DNA of 64,000 bases from the NCBI GenBank assembly GCA_951406725.2, contig OX597817.1:141608001-141672000 (forward strand). Reading direction: 5' to 3'. Positions within the stretch are counted from its first letter, which is position 1; each line of letters starts with the position of its first letter. Under the pieces are notes generated by a model. That model saw nothing but the letters and a program-made list of their open reading frames with translations, was not told the origin of the DNA and made no database searches. Made by a program: the position numbers and the translations under genes. Positions 13,638 through 24,809 of the stretch are shown here, one piece after another. Source of the DNA: Octopus vulgaris. Taxonomy: Eukaryota.

Positions 13638-13674
13638 GGCGCAGGAGTAGCTGTGTGGTAAGTAGCTTGCTAAC
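13638..13674 (+). mobile_element. SINE-A 5' head, split by ORF1-only element; includes left TSD 13660-13674
   Basis: ggcgcaggagtagctgtgtggt-aagtagcttgctaac; the SINE resumes at 15911. Confidence 0.9.
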
Positions 13675-15910
13675 ACACATGCGCAGTTAGTCAGTTGCTT
13701 CCTGTTCAGCCAGAGTGGACGCGAGTCAACCAGCTCCGTCCAATTAAAGAAAAAAGACCAAAAACGGAAAGTTGTCGAGGTAAGTGATTTTGTTTATTGT
13801 GAGTTGGGCATAATTTATTGCGTGCCAATTATTATTTCAGTAAGTTGTGTCCAAATCTGAGACAATTTCGCCTGCTCTCGGCGGCTGCCGTTTTTGTGTT
13901 CATTGAAAAAAAAAAGAAAAAAACAGTGGAGGGGCGTATCCTCGGAATTCAATACAGTTACTGTTAAAATTACCGTTGGCGGTAGCCAGTGCTGTGTTTG
14001 GGTTTGTTGAATTTATTCCCTTGTCAGAGTACTTCGCAAGAAAATTATAAAAATAAGCCACTATTGGATTACCTTTCGGACCCATTTTTGTGGAAGTTGT
14101 GTTGCAGTTGCGGCGTTCCAGGTTCAACCCAGGCCGGGAGTACCGCAAGGCCAGAATATTTTTGCTGTGTTTTTTCTGTTTATTAACTTTCTTTTGAACT
14201 TCATTTTAACCCCCCCTTTTGTTTTTTTTCTTTATTGCGACTTTCCGTTGATTTCTTCCCTTCTGTTGTGCTTTCTCCTTTTTGTTTTTTCAAAAATCTA
14301 TCAAATTTTATTTGAACTTTTGAACTTTTTTCTTCTTGCTTTTTGAGTTTAATTTGAATATATTTAAAAAAAATATATATATGGCAATGAAAAATAACAA
14401 AATTTTGGAGTGGGAAATCATACCACCCAAAAAGTGGTTAAAAGACCGTGAAGATAGGACGGTGGTGTTGAGAACCTACTCCAAGGCACTCGACACCATC
14501 GCCCTATTCGAAAAGACGGCAATTGAAAAGGAGTTGGAAGAGTATTTGCCAACAATTAAATTCATTTCAGGGGTGTCAAATATGCAACGGTGTGGTTGCT
14601 ATTTGACACCCCTGAAGAGGCTTGCAAACCCCTGGAGGGTAAGGAAATCTTATTCCTGCCCACGTACAAAAAAAGAAATTGATGAAAGCTTGGATTTGCG
14701 GACTGCCACCCGACATAGAACCCGAGTGGATAGAGGAGACTATCCGCCGGGGTCTGGGTGGCAGCGAAACTAAGCTCCTTAATGTAAAAGTTCTTCCTGC
14801 GGCTGCTTGGGTTGGGTCAAAAGCAATTTTGACCCTGTGGACCCAATCAGCCAATCTGGTTCTTCCAGATTTTTTGAAAATGGCCGGGTGCAGGTACCCG
14901 GTGATGCTTGAGGGTCGCCCCCCTAAGTGTCATCGGTGCTTGGAGTCCGGCCACATAAAGAAGAACTGTCCCCGGGAACAAAATAGGATCCCGGAACAGT
15001 TAAGTAAAACCCCTCTAGAAGAGGGAATGATAACGGCCGAGAAAGCAGAGGAAAGCAGAGGCCGAAAGAGGAAGGTGAGCAACAATGGGTGCTCACCAAA
15101 GGATAATAGGGATGAGGAGAGGAAGGCGAATCTTCCGGCCACGGAGGAGACGCACCCTCCCTCAGTTGAAAAGGGAAAAAAAAGAAAAAGAGGAAGAAAA
15201 ACGGGACATTGCCGGCTGTCAGTGACATAGCACCGGAATGTCCCGGAACTACGTCGGTTGGGATTGTGCCACCGACAAGAGAAGGAATACCGTTGGCGGG
15301 AACTGTGCCGCCAACGAAAGAACTATTGGTCCTCTTCTATAGAGGAGGTGAAATTGAAAAGGTGATGGAAGAGCACCACAAGGGAGTACCTTTAGCCTTC
15401 ACACAGGACCCCGAATGGCCTCCGCAGGTAGCTGTGGAGGCCGTGGCGTTCGACGTGACGCTTGGGCTAAAGGAGCTCAATGAAGATTATAACTTGGTCC
15501 CGGGCGACGCAAACTCGGAACTTGATTACGTTCTGAGGGAGGCGTGGTTGATGGTGGAGGGCGCGGGCACAAGCTATTTCGAGGACGATATGTAATTATT
15601 GAACTGTTATTATTAGTAATGGACTGCTAAGTCCAAAAATTGAAAAATTGTAAGAGGTTTAATACCTCGTTTTGTAATAATGGACTGCTAAGTCCAAAAA
15701 TTGGAAAAATTGTAAGAGGTTTAATACCTCGTTTTGTGTTTATCTTTAAAAAGAACAATGTTTTAGAGAAGCGAAAGTCGGCGGGCGCTTTTTGTCTTCT
15801 CCCATCCTTATCATCTTTCTTTCATTATCATTCACTTCATTAATGTCCTCGTCCAGCCCGCAAAGCTAACTTAATCTGTGTACTGCCTTTATGGCAAATG
15901 TTTTGAAATA
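13675..15910 (+). mobile_element. ORF1-only L1/Tx1-like (HAL1-like) non-autonomous retroelement, copy 1
   Basis: Perfect 15-bp TSD aagtagcttgctaac (13660-13674 / 15911-15925); ~700-bp 5' UTR, one broken ORF, 3' UTR ending in gaaata(aa); homologous over most of its length to 51199-53634; no RT. Confidence 0.85.
14381..15595 (+). pseudogene. ORF1p-like protein (putative RRM-like region + CCHC zinc knuckle), frameshifted
   Basis: Pieces in three frames; AWICGLPP, LEGRPPKCHRCLESGHIKKNCP (CX2CX4HX4C), basic tract. Confidence 0.8.
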
Positions 15911-16053
15911 AAGTAGCTTGCTAACCAACCACATGATTCCAGGTTCAGTCATACTGCGTGGCATCTTGGGCAAGTGTCTTCTGCTATAGCCCCGGGCCGA
16001 CCAATGCCTTGTGAGTGGATTTGGTAGACGGAAACTGAAAGAAGCCTGTCGTA

Positions 16054-16096
<43 letters not shown>

Positions 16097-16328
16097 ATGT
16101 GTATGTGTTTGTGTGTGTGTGTTTGTCCCCCTAGCATTGCTTGACAACCGATGCTGGTGTGTTTACGTCCCCGTCACTTAGCGGTTCGGCAAAAGAAACC
16201 GATGAAATGAGTACTGGGCTTACAAAGAATAGGTCCCGGGGTCGATTTGCTCGACTAAAGGCGGTGCTCCAGCATGGCCGCAGTCAAATGAGTGAAACAA
16301 GTAAAAGAGTAAAAAAAGAGTAAAAGAG
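15911..16328 (+). mobile_element. SINE-A remainder after the insertion
   Basis: Continues caaccacatgattccaggttcagtc... and is nearly identical to 28712-29070. Confidence 0.92.
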
Positions 16329-17000
16329 TACATACATACATACATACATACATACAGATAGACAGACAGACAGACACAAACACAAACATACATGCATGCA
16401 TACATACATACAGACGGAGAGATACACACATAGATACATGCATACATACATGCATACAGACGGTGAGAGACACGCACATACATACATGCATACATACTTA
16501 CATACAGAGATGAGAGACACACACAAACACGTACATACATACAGAGGAAGAGAGAGAGACACACATACAAAAACACACACATACATACATACATATATAC
16601 GTATGTACACATAGAAATATACATAATTGTATACATAATTTTGAAAGCAAAACCAAAGAATATTGGCAGACCATTCCAATAGAAACAACAACCTACAATG
16701 AAATCAACAGACCAAGCATAATTGACAGAACTGGGAATAAGACTTGTACACTGTCCTGAAGATCTGTTGCAGAACTGCAACACACACACACATACACACA
16801 CACACGCATGTGCGCGCGCGCGCCTAAATACAATTTTGCAAATGAAAATAGTTTAAAAAAATACATTCACGTTAATGTTTGTTTTTATTCAGTTACAATG
16901 AAAACAATACTAAATGAATCTAATGGGTTACTCCCTACTTTTGGAGAGTAGAAATTTATTATTCTTGAACAAGAATAAGTGCAGGAGTGGCTGTGTGGTA

Positions 17001-17217
17001 GGTAGCGAGCTGGCAGAAACGTTAGAACACCGGGCGAAATGCTTTGCGGTATTTCGTCTGCCGTTACGTTGTGAGTTCAAATTCCGCCGAGGTCGACTTT
17101 GCCTTTCATCATTTCGGGGTCGATTAAATAAGTACCAGCTACGCGTTGGGGTCGATATAATCGACTTAATACCTTTGTCCCCTCTATGTTTAGCCCCTTG
17201 TGGGTAATAAAGAAATA
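17001..17217 (+). mobile_element. SINE-B (tRNA-like head; central domain recalled as Meta-like) inserted in the SINE-A head
   Basis: gagctggcagaaacgttag...gttcaaattccgccgaggtcgactttgcctttcatc..tcggggtcgattaaataagtacc...gtaataaagaaata. Confidence 0.88.
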
Positions 17218-17372
17218 GGTAGCTTGCTTACCAACCACATGGCTCCGGGTTCATCCCACTGCGTGGTACATTTGGCAAGTGTCTTCTACTATAGCCTCGA
17301 GCCGACCAAAGCCTTGTGAGTGGATTTGGTAGACGGAAACTGAAAGAAGCCCGTCGTATATATCTATATATA

Positions 17373-17605
17373 TATTTCTTTACTACCCACAAGGGGCCAA
17401 ACACAGAGGGGACAAACAAGGACAGACAAAGGGATTAAGTCGATTCCATCGACCCCAGTGCGTAACTGGTACTTAATTTATCGACCCCGAAAGGATGAAA
17501 GGCAAAGTCGACCTCGGCGGAATTTGAACTCAGAACGTAACGGCAGACGAAATACGGCTTCGCATTTCGCCCGGCGTGCTACCGTTTCTGCCAGCTCGCC
17601 GCCTT
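17373..17605 (-). mobile_element. SINE-B inserted in the internal (TA)n of SINE-A
   Basis: Reverse complement matches 17001-17217. Confidence 0.88.
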
Positions 17606-19384
17606 ATATATCTATATATATGTGCGTGTGTGTGTGTGTGTGTGTGTATGTTTGTGTGTCTGTGTTTGTCCCTCCAACATCGTTTGACAACCGATGCTGG
17701 TGTGTTTACGTCTCCGTAACTTAGCAGTTCGGCAAAAGAGACCGATAGAATAACTACTAGGCTTACGAAGAATAAGTCCTGGTGTCAGTTTACTCGACTA
17801 AAGGCGGTGCTCCATCATGGCCACAGCCAAATGACTGAAACAAGTAAAAGAGTAAGAATATTATTGACAGCGACTCCGTTAACCCATCGTCTGACTGTCC
17901 GACGACCTTTTATCCGACCGAAACTTCGAAGTCACTGTCATCAGTATTCTTGTTTAAGAATGCTAAAATTAATCGAAAAATACACAGATTTCTTTCCTGA
18001 TTGCAGCTTAGTTTTCCTCGCGAATTGTTTCCATTTGATCGCAAAAGATGCTAGGTTGGTTTTCTCTGCTTTTCATTAAAATTTCTTTAGCAAACATGCA
18101 CAAACGAACATTGAAAGCAAGTGGTTACAATTTCAGAAGAGCATTGTCGGAGTAGATTAATGGTTAATGTTTGAATTTCGCTACAACATATAACAAGGAG
18201 AATAAATCTTATTACATAAAGGAGAAATCTGATTTTCGCGATAATTGAATGTGACATATCAAAGTATATTTTGAACATTGCTAATTAATTTTTACTGATC
18301 TGTCAATAAGACACAGAAACGCAGCTAATGATGATGTTCTTTGCTTTGAGCTGGCAGTTATATACATGCTATACCATTTGACATTGATCAAATCATGGCT
18401 TCTGTTATTGCATGTTTTAATTAGATTGACTACGTATCAGTTCGATCGCATATATCGTATGAAAGTATATAGAATGATATAACGATCATATTCTTTGATG
18501 GCTTTAAGCTTTTGTTCGATAAAGTCCACAGTAAATATATGAAAAGGCAAAATCAAGAACCAAATTTATTGTTAATATATGTCAAGCGTCCTATCCGTTA
18601 TAAGTATTAAACACGAATGGCGTAAAGTAATCAGCACACATAAGAACGGTTCAAACGAAATAGGTTTTGAAGAATTACAGATTTGACTTCTTAGGAAATA
18701 TTATGTGAATGAAAACTTATATTTATCACATTTTTGTGGGTCCAATACAAATACCAGCTTGGCCCATGGCGCAAATGACACCCCTGAGAGCTGTAATTTG
18801 AAAAGAGTACGAAAAACAAACCACACCGCATCGTCAATCACGCGGATTAACAAGGGATGCGTTTAGCTTTGAGGCGAAGGAGCTCGTTCGAAAAATGCTG
18901 GTACAACGAACAATAATGCCGCAACTTATTCTGGGAGGAGTGAAGTGGAAATACAAACGAAGAGTCTCCAAGGAATCTGAAGCGTGTCCAGGAGAGAACA
19001 ATAGTTAATAATTGAAAAGTGTAATGTTGCTTCTGATAGGACCCTACGGCGGCAGTATCTGATAGCTCTGTCACCCCGCGACTCTCCCAAGAATTGTCGA
19101 CAGAGGAAATGGATGGATACATATTTTTACCATATATTTAAATTTCGCGTGAAATTATTCATAATTTCATTCTCGTATAGCTGGTAAAACATACCGATTG
19201 GTTTGGTTATATGGCTATATACATTTACCTTCTGGCTAAATCGGCGGTAAAAGTAATGTGTACCCTAATACGTTTTCAGGGTCCATGAGTTAGGCAGACG
19301 AAAGTGATGACGTTATCCGGAAGCCGACGATATGTCTCAAATAACTGAAACAGACGGGTCCAGACGGCTGTCGTTTATCTTTTA

Positions 19385-19800
19385 TTTTATCTTTCACTTA
19401 TTTTACTCATCGGACTGCAGCCATATGCTGGGACATAGCCTAGAAGATTTTTACTCGAACAAATTTTCTCCAGTATTTATGTTCCTATAGTCAGTTGCTT
19501 ATTCTATCGGCCTCTTTTGCTGAACCGCCCTAGGATATAAAGAAACCAGCATCGGCTGTTTTGTTTTGCTTATGGAGTCATACGTTGAAACATAGTGACC
19601 TATATTCAATGAATGTCAGCCAGCCATCTTTAATAGGCTTGGCTATTTCATTAAGAAACTTTCTATTTAATCATATGACTTCGGGTCCAAACATAATGTG
19701 TGGCAACTTGGAAAACTGTCTTTCTTTTACTATAACCAAGGATCAACCAAAGCATTCTGAGTGGATTTGGTAAATGGAAACGTGAAGAGGCTCTTTGTAT
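19385..19800. mobile_element. Two degenerate SINE-A pieces (3' module on -, core on +)
   Basis: Similarity to the SINE-A 3' module and to gagtggatttggtaaatggaaac. Confidence 0.55.
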
Positions 19801-20933
19801 ATATATGTATATACGGGGTTAGTTTGTTTGTATCCTTGTTTTGACATCACCTGATGGTTGTACACTATAATACATATCATACAAGTGAAGTGGAACGTTT
19901 CCTGTCTTCAGTCGGAAACATTTTTTGGCCACGGAGAAATACTACTTTGCCTGGAAAAAGGTGAGTGTAGGCGACAGTATCGACATTCAGCCGCCGTAGA
20001 AGACACGCATCGACAAATGCCGCAGGACACATACACGCATCGAGTAGTTTATGTAAATGATAATGATGAAGATGATAATCTCCAGTCTCCTCTACAAGTA
20101 TCTTTAAACATTATCTGACTCCAAAATGATGGGGTTACTTAATAGCATACACAAATAGGTTCTACGTAAAAATCTAAGTATTCTTACCGGGTATAATGCA
20201 ACCGATTTACGTTTACGTACAAACGTAGAACATTGATATTTAAACACAAGCGTTCGAACATTTACGAATACCATTCCAACATAAAGAGATGTACCAACAT
20301 CCAAACTGTCCGCAGTAATTTTCAGCTTTCTCTCTATTGAATAATGTCGGTTTACCGGAAATAGAGAAGAAATAAAACAGAATCAAATAATAAAATCAAC
20401 ATGTTTTGTCGAACCATAAACCAAGCAACAGGAGCATAGATATAATTACATCAGCTTTCAGGCCGTTTAAAATCCATCTCACTTAGCATGGGATTTTGCT
20501 AATCTGCAGCAAGCATTATTTTTCCTTCAGAGCTGCTAGATTCAGATAAATGATAAGGCAGACCCTAACTTAAATATTTTACTGCTTGCGTGACTTTACA
20601 GACATTTTATTTTTCTTGCTTTCAAAACATTATTAATTTTCTCTTTTCAGTGTCTTTTTTTTTTCTCTATTTCACTCGGTTTTGCTAGCAAGCGGCAAAT
20701 TATTAAATTAGAAGGAATAATAAAACAGCAAGAGGTGATAGTGCAGTTTCCATTGTTGGCATAAAAATGAATGGAGAAATAAATCGAAACAATTAACCTT
20801 TATCAATGGGAAACTATCTGAGTAATAAATATTAGATGGATCGAGTTAGCCATCCAAGCTATTGGTTAGACGTTCGCTTTATTACAAGTCATTGCATGGT
20901 GTATACACACAGACACACATATACATATATACT

Positions 20934-20998
<65 letters not shown>

Positions 20999-21168
20999 CT
21001 CTCCTCTCTATCTTTCTCTCTCTCTCTCTATATATATATATGGATGGATGTATATATATGCATATATAAATATATATATATATATACATACATAGACACA
21101 CGCACACACATATACATATATGCATATGTACATACACCGTCATAGTTTTTCAACAGCCAATTGAGACG

Positions 21169-21218
<50 letters not shown>

Positions 21219-21627
21219 ATGGATGTATATATATGTATATATAAATATATATATATATATACATACATACACACACACGCATACACATATACATGAATAC
21301 ATATGTACATACACCGTCGTAGCTTTTCAGCAGCCAATTGATACGCTATCAGCTATCAGTATTATCCTTACGAACACATATATCACCATACAAGCTTATG
21401 TCTCGTATCTAAGCTTAGTACTTTATGAAATTTGCAATCAAAACTTGGCAAAGAAAAACAATAGACAATAACTCCCAGGTAACTCTTCTCACAAACATAC
21501 GCTAGCCTCTCCTTTGGAGTCTGAACAGTTTATCATATAATTAAGCGTCCATGATATATGAGCCTCGGCGTGATGCTAATACGGTAGGTTAGAAGTGGCT
21601 ACACGGTGGAGTGATGTGCATCAGGAG

Positions 21628-21684
<57 letters not shown>

Positions 21685-21694
21685 TATACATGCA

Positions 21695-21741
<47 letters not shown>

Positions 21742-21745
<4 letters not shown>

Positions 21746-21900
21746 AGACTTTACGAAAAAAACAAAAGACGGAGACAGGCGGTGTACAAAACAAACATAT
21801 GTATTAGTATAACGCTCAGCAATACGTTTCGAGCCTACGCTTTTCTACAGAAAGGGACACACAAAATAACAAGGAGAGAAACATATATGTGGTAGTGGTG
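21742..21900 (-). mobile_element. Family H1 repeat with hammerhead-like motif
   Basis: Reverse complement matches 2288-2430 and 4020-4122; directly abuts (TA)n. Confidence 0.7.
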
Positions 21901-23200
21901 AAATTATTCTAAAATACGACATATTTCTTTCTGTGACTTCATTTTCTGCCTCCAAAAGCATCTCAAAATATGCCAAAAGTATCGTAAATATTGTAATTCA
22001 TCGAATTCAGAAAATCTTTCATGTAGAGTTAAATTACAGTACACAGCCGGAGATGAAGTCACACACAATAAAAACATGTTTAAGTCATATTTCAGAGTAA
22101 TTTCAGTTGTAATCTTTTAAAAGCTACTCGAAGAAGATGCAATAAAAACTGTATCTTATCGCTAATAAATAAGTAGAGGTATTTTCTTCCACTCTTCCAT
22201 TTTTCGATGCATTTGTGGAAACAGAAGATATTGTCACACAGTTCTAAGATTTCCACCAGTTTTTTTTATGTCTGTTCACAACTTTTCCGCACTAACGCGT
22301 CACGAAATAGAAAATGGTGAAAAAACCTTCCACACTAAAACACAGTGTGTTATTTACAGTAGTTTACAGATAACATTAAGCGCGTAGATATAATGACAGA
22401 TAGAATATAATTATAATCACAATACAGAAATAAGGAAAGAAATAGACAAAGAAAAAATATAAAAAGGACTATAGATTACTCGTACAATTCTATGTTCGTG
22501 GTCAGATGATAAGGAAGAAGGAACAAACCGGAAGGACAAACTAAATTAAGCGTTTAACAAAAATAAAGTGATAAAGCGATGAAGACTGACCATTTCTGCA
22601 CTTATCACTTATTCCTTTGTTTTATTTCGTTGTTTTTTTTGCTGTTTTTTGACGGATCTAAGTTATGTTCTGTTTTTCGCGACAAAACAACTGGATCCAT
22701 TCTCGAATCAACTTTTATTCAAAGTTAATTTATTACCGTCTATCTTTTATAATCATTTCTAAAAAAAAGAATTTGAGAAATAAGTTAGTGGGTATATCCA
22801 CTCAACCCAGTGTATATAAATATACTTTCATATTATCATATATGTTGGTTGGTTGGCATCCTTTCTGTCTCGGGAGACAATGGAGTTGCGCATAAATTAG
22901 TCTAGTCCGGCTTTTATATTTCATGTCCTGATACATCTCTTGCTGTGGCTGTGTAGTCCTATCCTGGACAAACACTCCCTCTGGCAGGTACCGCAAATGT
23001 AGCGAAGACTGTTCCATATCATATATGTATATATATATTATCATACACACACACATACACATACACACACATATATATATACTTCTTAAACAGAGACAAA
23101 TGGACATAATATAATACACAAAAATTAAAGTAAAATAACCAGATTTTATCAATAAAGTTTTAAATATTGCTTTTGCAAAACGACTAACATGAGTCCATAT

Positions 23201-23250
<50 letters not shown>

Positions 23251-23555
23251 GTAAAATGTGTATATATGCGTATTTATATAAACATGTATACGTGTGTGTA
23301 TCTGGAAATATATATATACTTATATATATGTGTATATGTATGTACATTTTGGTCACTGGTGACGATGCCATCGACTTATACCCTCGTCCAAAATTGGCTT
23401 TGTGTCAAAATTAGAAACCAAATATATTGCATACCTTAGAAGGGTTCAAACATATCAAGAGGCATGAAGTAAATCGTTTCTTACGCTGGAAATTGATGCA
23501 AATAAATCTATGAACAAGAAGCATATTGAATAGTGTTTTAAGAGCATCCATATAT

Positions 23556-23802
23556 CCTTTTATTTATTTCAGTCATTTGACTGCGACCATGCTGGAGCAC
23601 CGCCTATAGTCGAGCAAATCGACCCCACGACATATTCGTTGTAAGCCTAGTACTTATTTTATCGGGTCCTTTTGCCGAACCGCTAAGTTACGGGGACGTA
23701 AACACACCAGCATCACTTGTCAAGCGATGTTAACAGGGGACAAACACAGACACACAAACATATACATACACACACACACACACGTACACACACATATGTA
23801 TG

Positions 23803-23846
<44 letters not shown>

Positions 23847-23889
23847 GTTGGTAACCAAGCTACATACCACACCGCCACGTCTGCGCCTA
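23556..23889 (-). mobile_element. SINE-A, internally deleted
   Basis: 3' module 23556-23760 and head 23842-23889 joined by a microsatellite. Confidence 0.75.
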
Positions 23890-24329
23890 TGAAAAATAAG
23901 ATCCAAATGCTGCTCGTAGGATGCAAACCTGAATCTTCAGTGAACATTACTCATAACCTATCATAGTATAACTGTAAACACTGACATTTAATTCTATCCA
24001 TTTCAGCAGTTTTGTTCATTCCAGCGATAATTTTCTCTTGCTTATTCAAGAGATACGAACAACGGAATTGGTAGTAGATTAAGCTTTAGCTAATGCATGG
24101 ATTAAATCGAAAGTTGTTCATATTAAACATGTTTATAAATGATAAATATATATTTAGTGCACGATAAAGAGAAAGTGCTTTTTCTGTAAACATTGTATAC
24201 ATAGTCTCTACAACACAACATATATGCCACAGAGCGTGTGCTATGTATATGCTTATTCCAGACTTCCTTACTCAACAGATTGGAACTATTTAACCCTTAT
24301 CTTATACTTCACGAAATATACATGCACAC

Positions 24330-24382
<53 letters not shown>

Positions 24383-24519
24383 ACGTATACATATGCATTC
24401 TACATATATTTTTTATTTTAAATTTATTATTTCCCTTTATACTTCTTATTTACGTCTTTTTCCAACGTAACTCCTTGTATTGAACTCTACTATTTCCTTC
24501 TATTTAACTCTTTCATATT

Positions 24520-24567
24520 GTCTTTGATGAAGGGATATCCCTACTTTTCCAGAAACGGGCGTAAGAC
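24520..24567 (+). ncRNA. Hammerhead-like motif in a microsatellite-flanked repeat (24378-24600)
   Basis: gtct-TTGATGA-a-ggga...ttcc-a-GAAA-cgggcg-TA-agac; stem I gtct/agac. Confidence 0.5.
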
Positions 24568-24652
24568 TAACTTTCTCTTCATAATGGTCATGAGAAATTC
24601 ACACACCCTTGGATTTTTTGTGTCTCATTTTATTTAACACACACACGCACAC

Positions 24653-24685
<33 letters not shown>

Positions 24686-24730
24686 AGTGTCTGTGTGTGT
24701 GTAGAGAGAGAGCGGGGAAGAGAGGGAGAG

Positions 24731-24809
<79 letters not shown>

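Larger units (their letters stand above)
16979..17856 (+). mobile_element. SINE-A carrying two nested SINE-B insertions
   Basis: Head 16979-17000, body 17218-17372, 3' module ~17606-17856. Confidence 0.88.

Noticed and set aside
18802-19008. Frame containing FSFEAKELVRKMLV, reminiscent of kinase subdomain XI
   Set aside because: No other kinase motifs, no convincing splice sites, and a short match that could be chance
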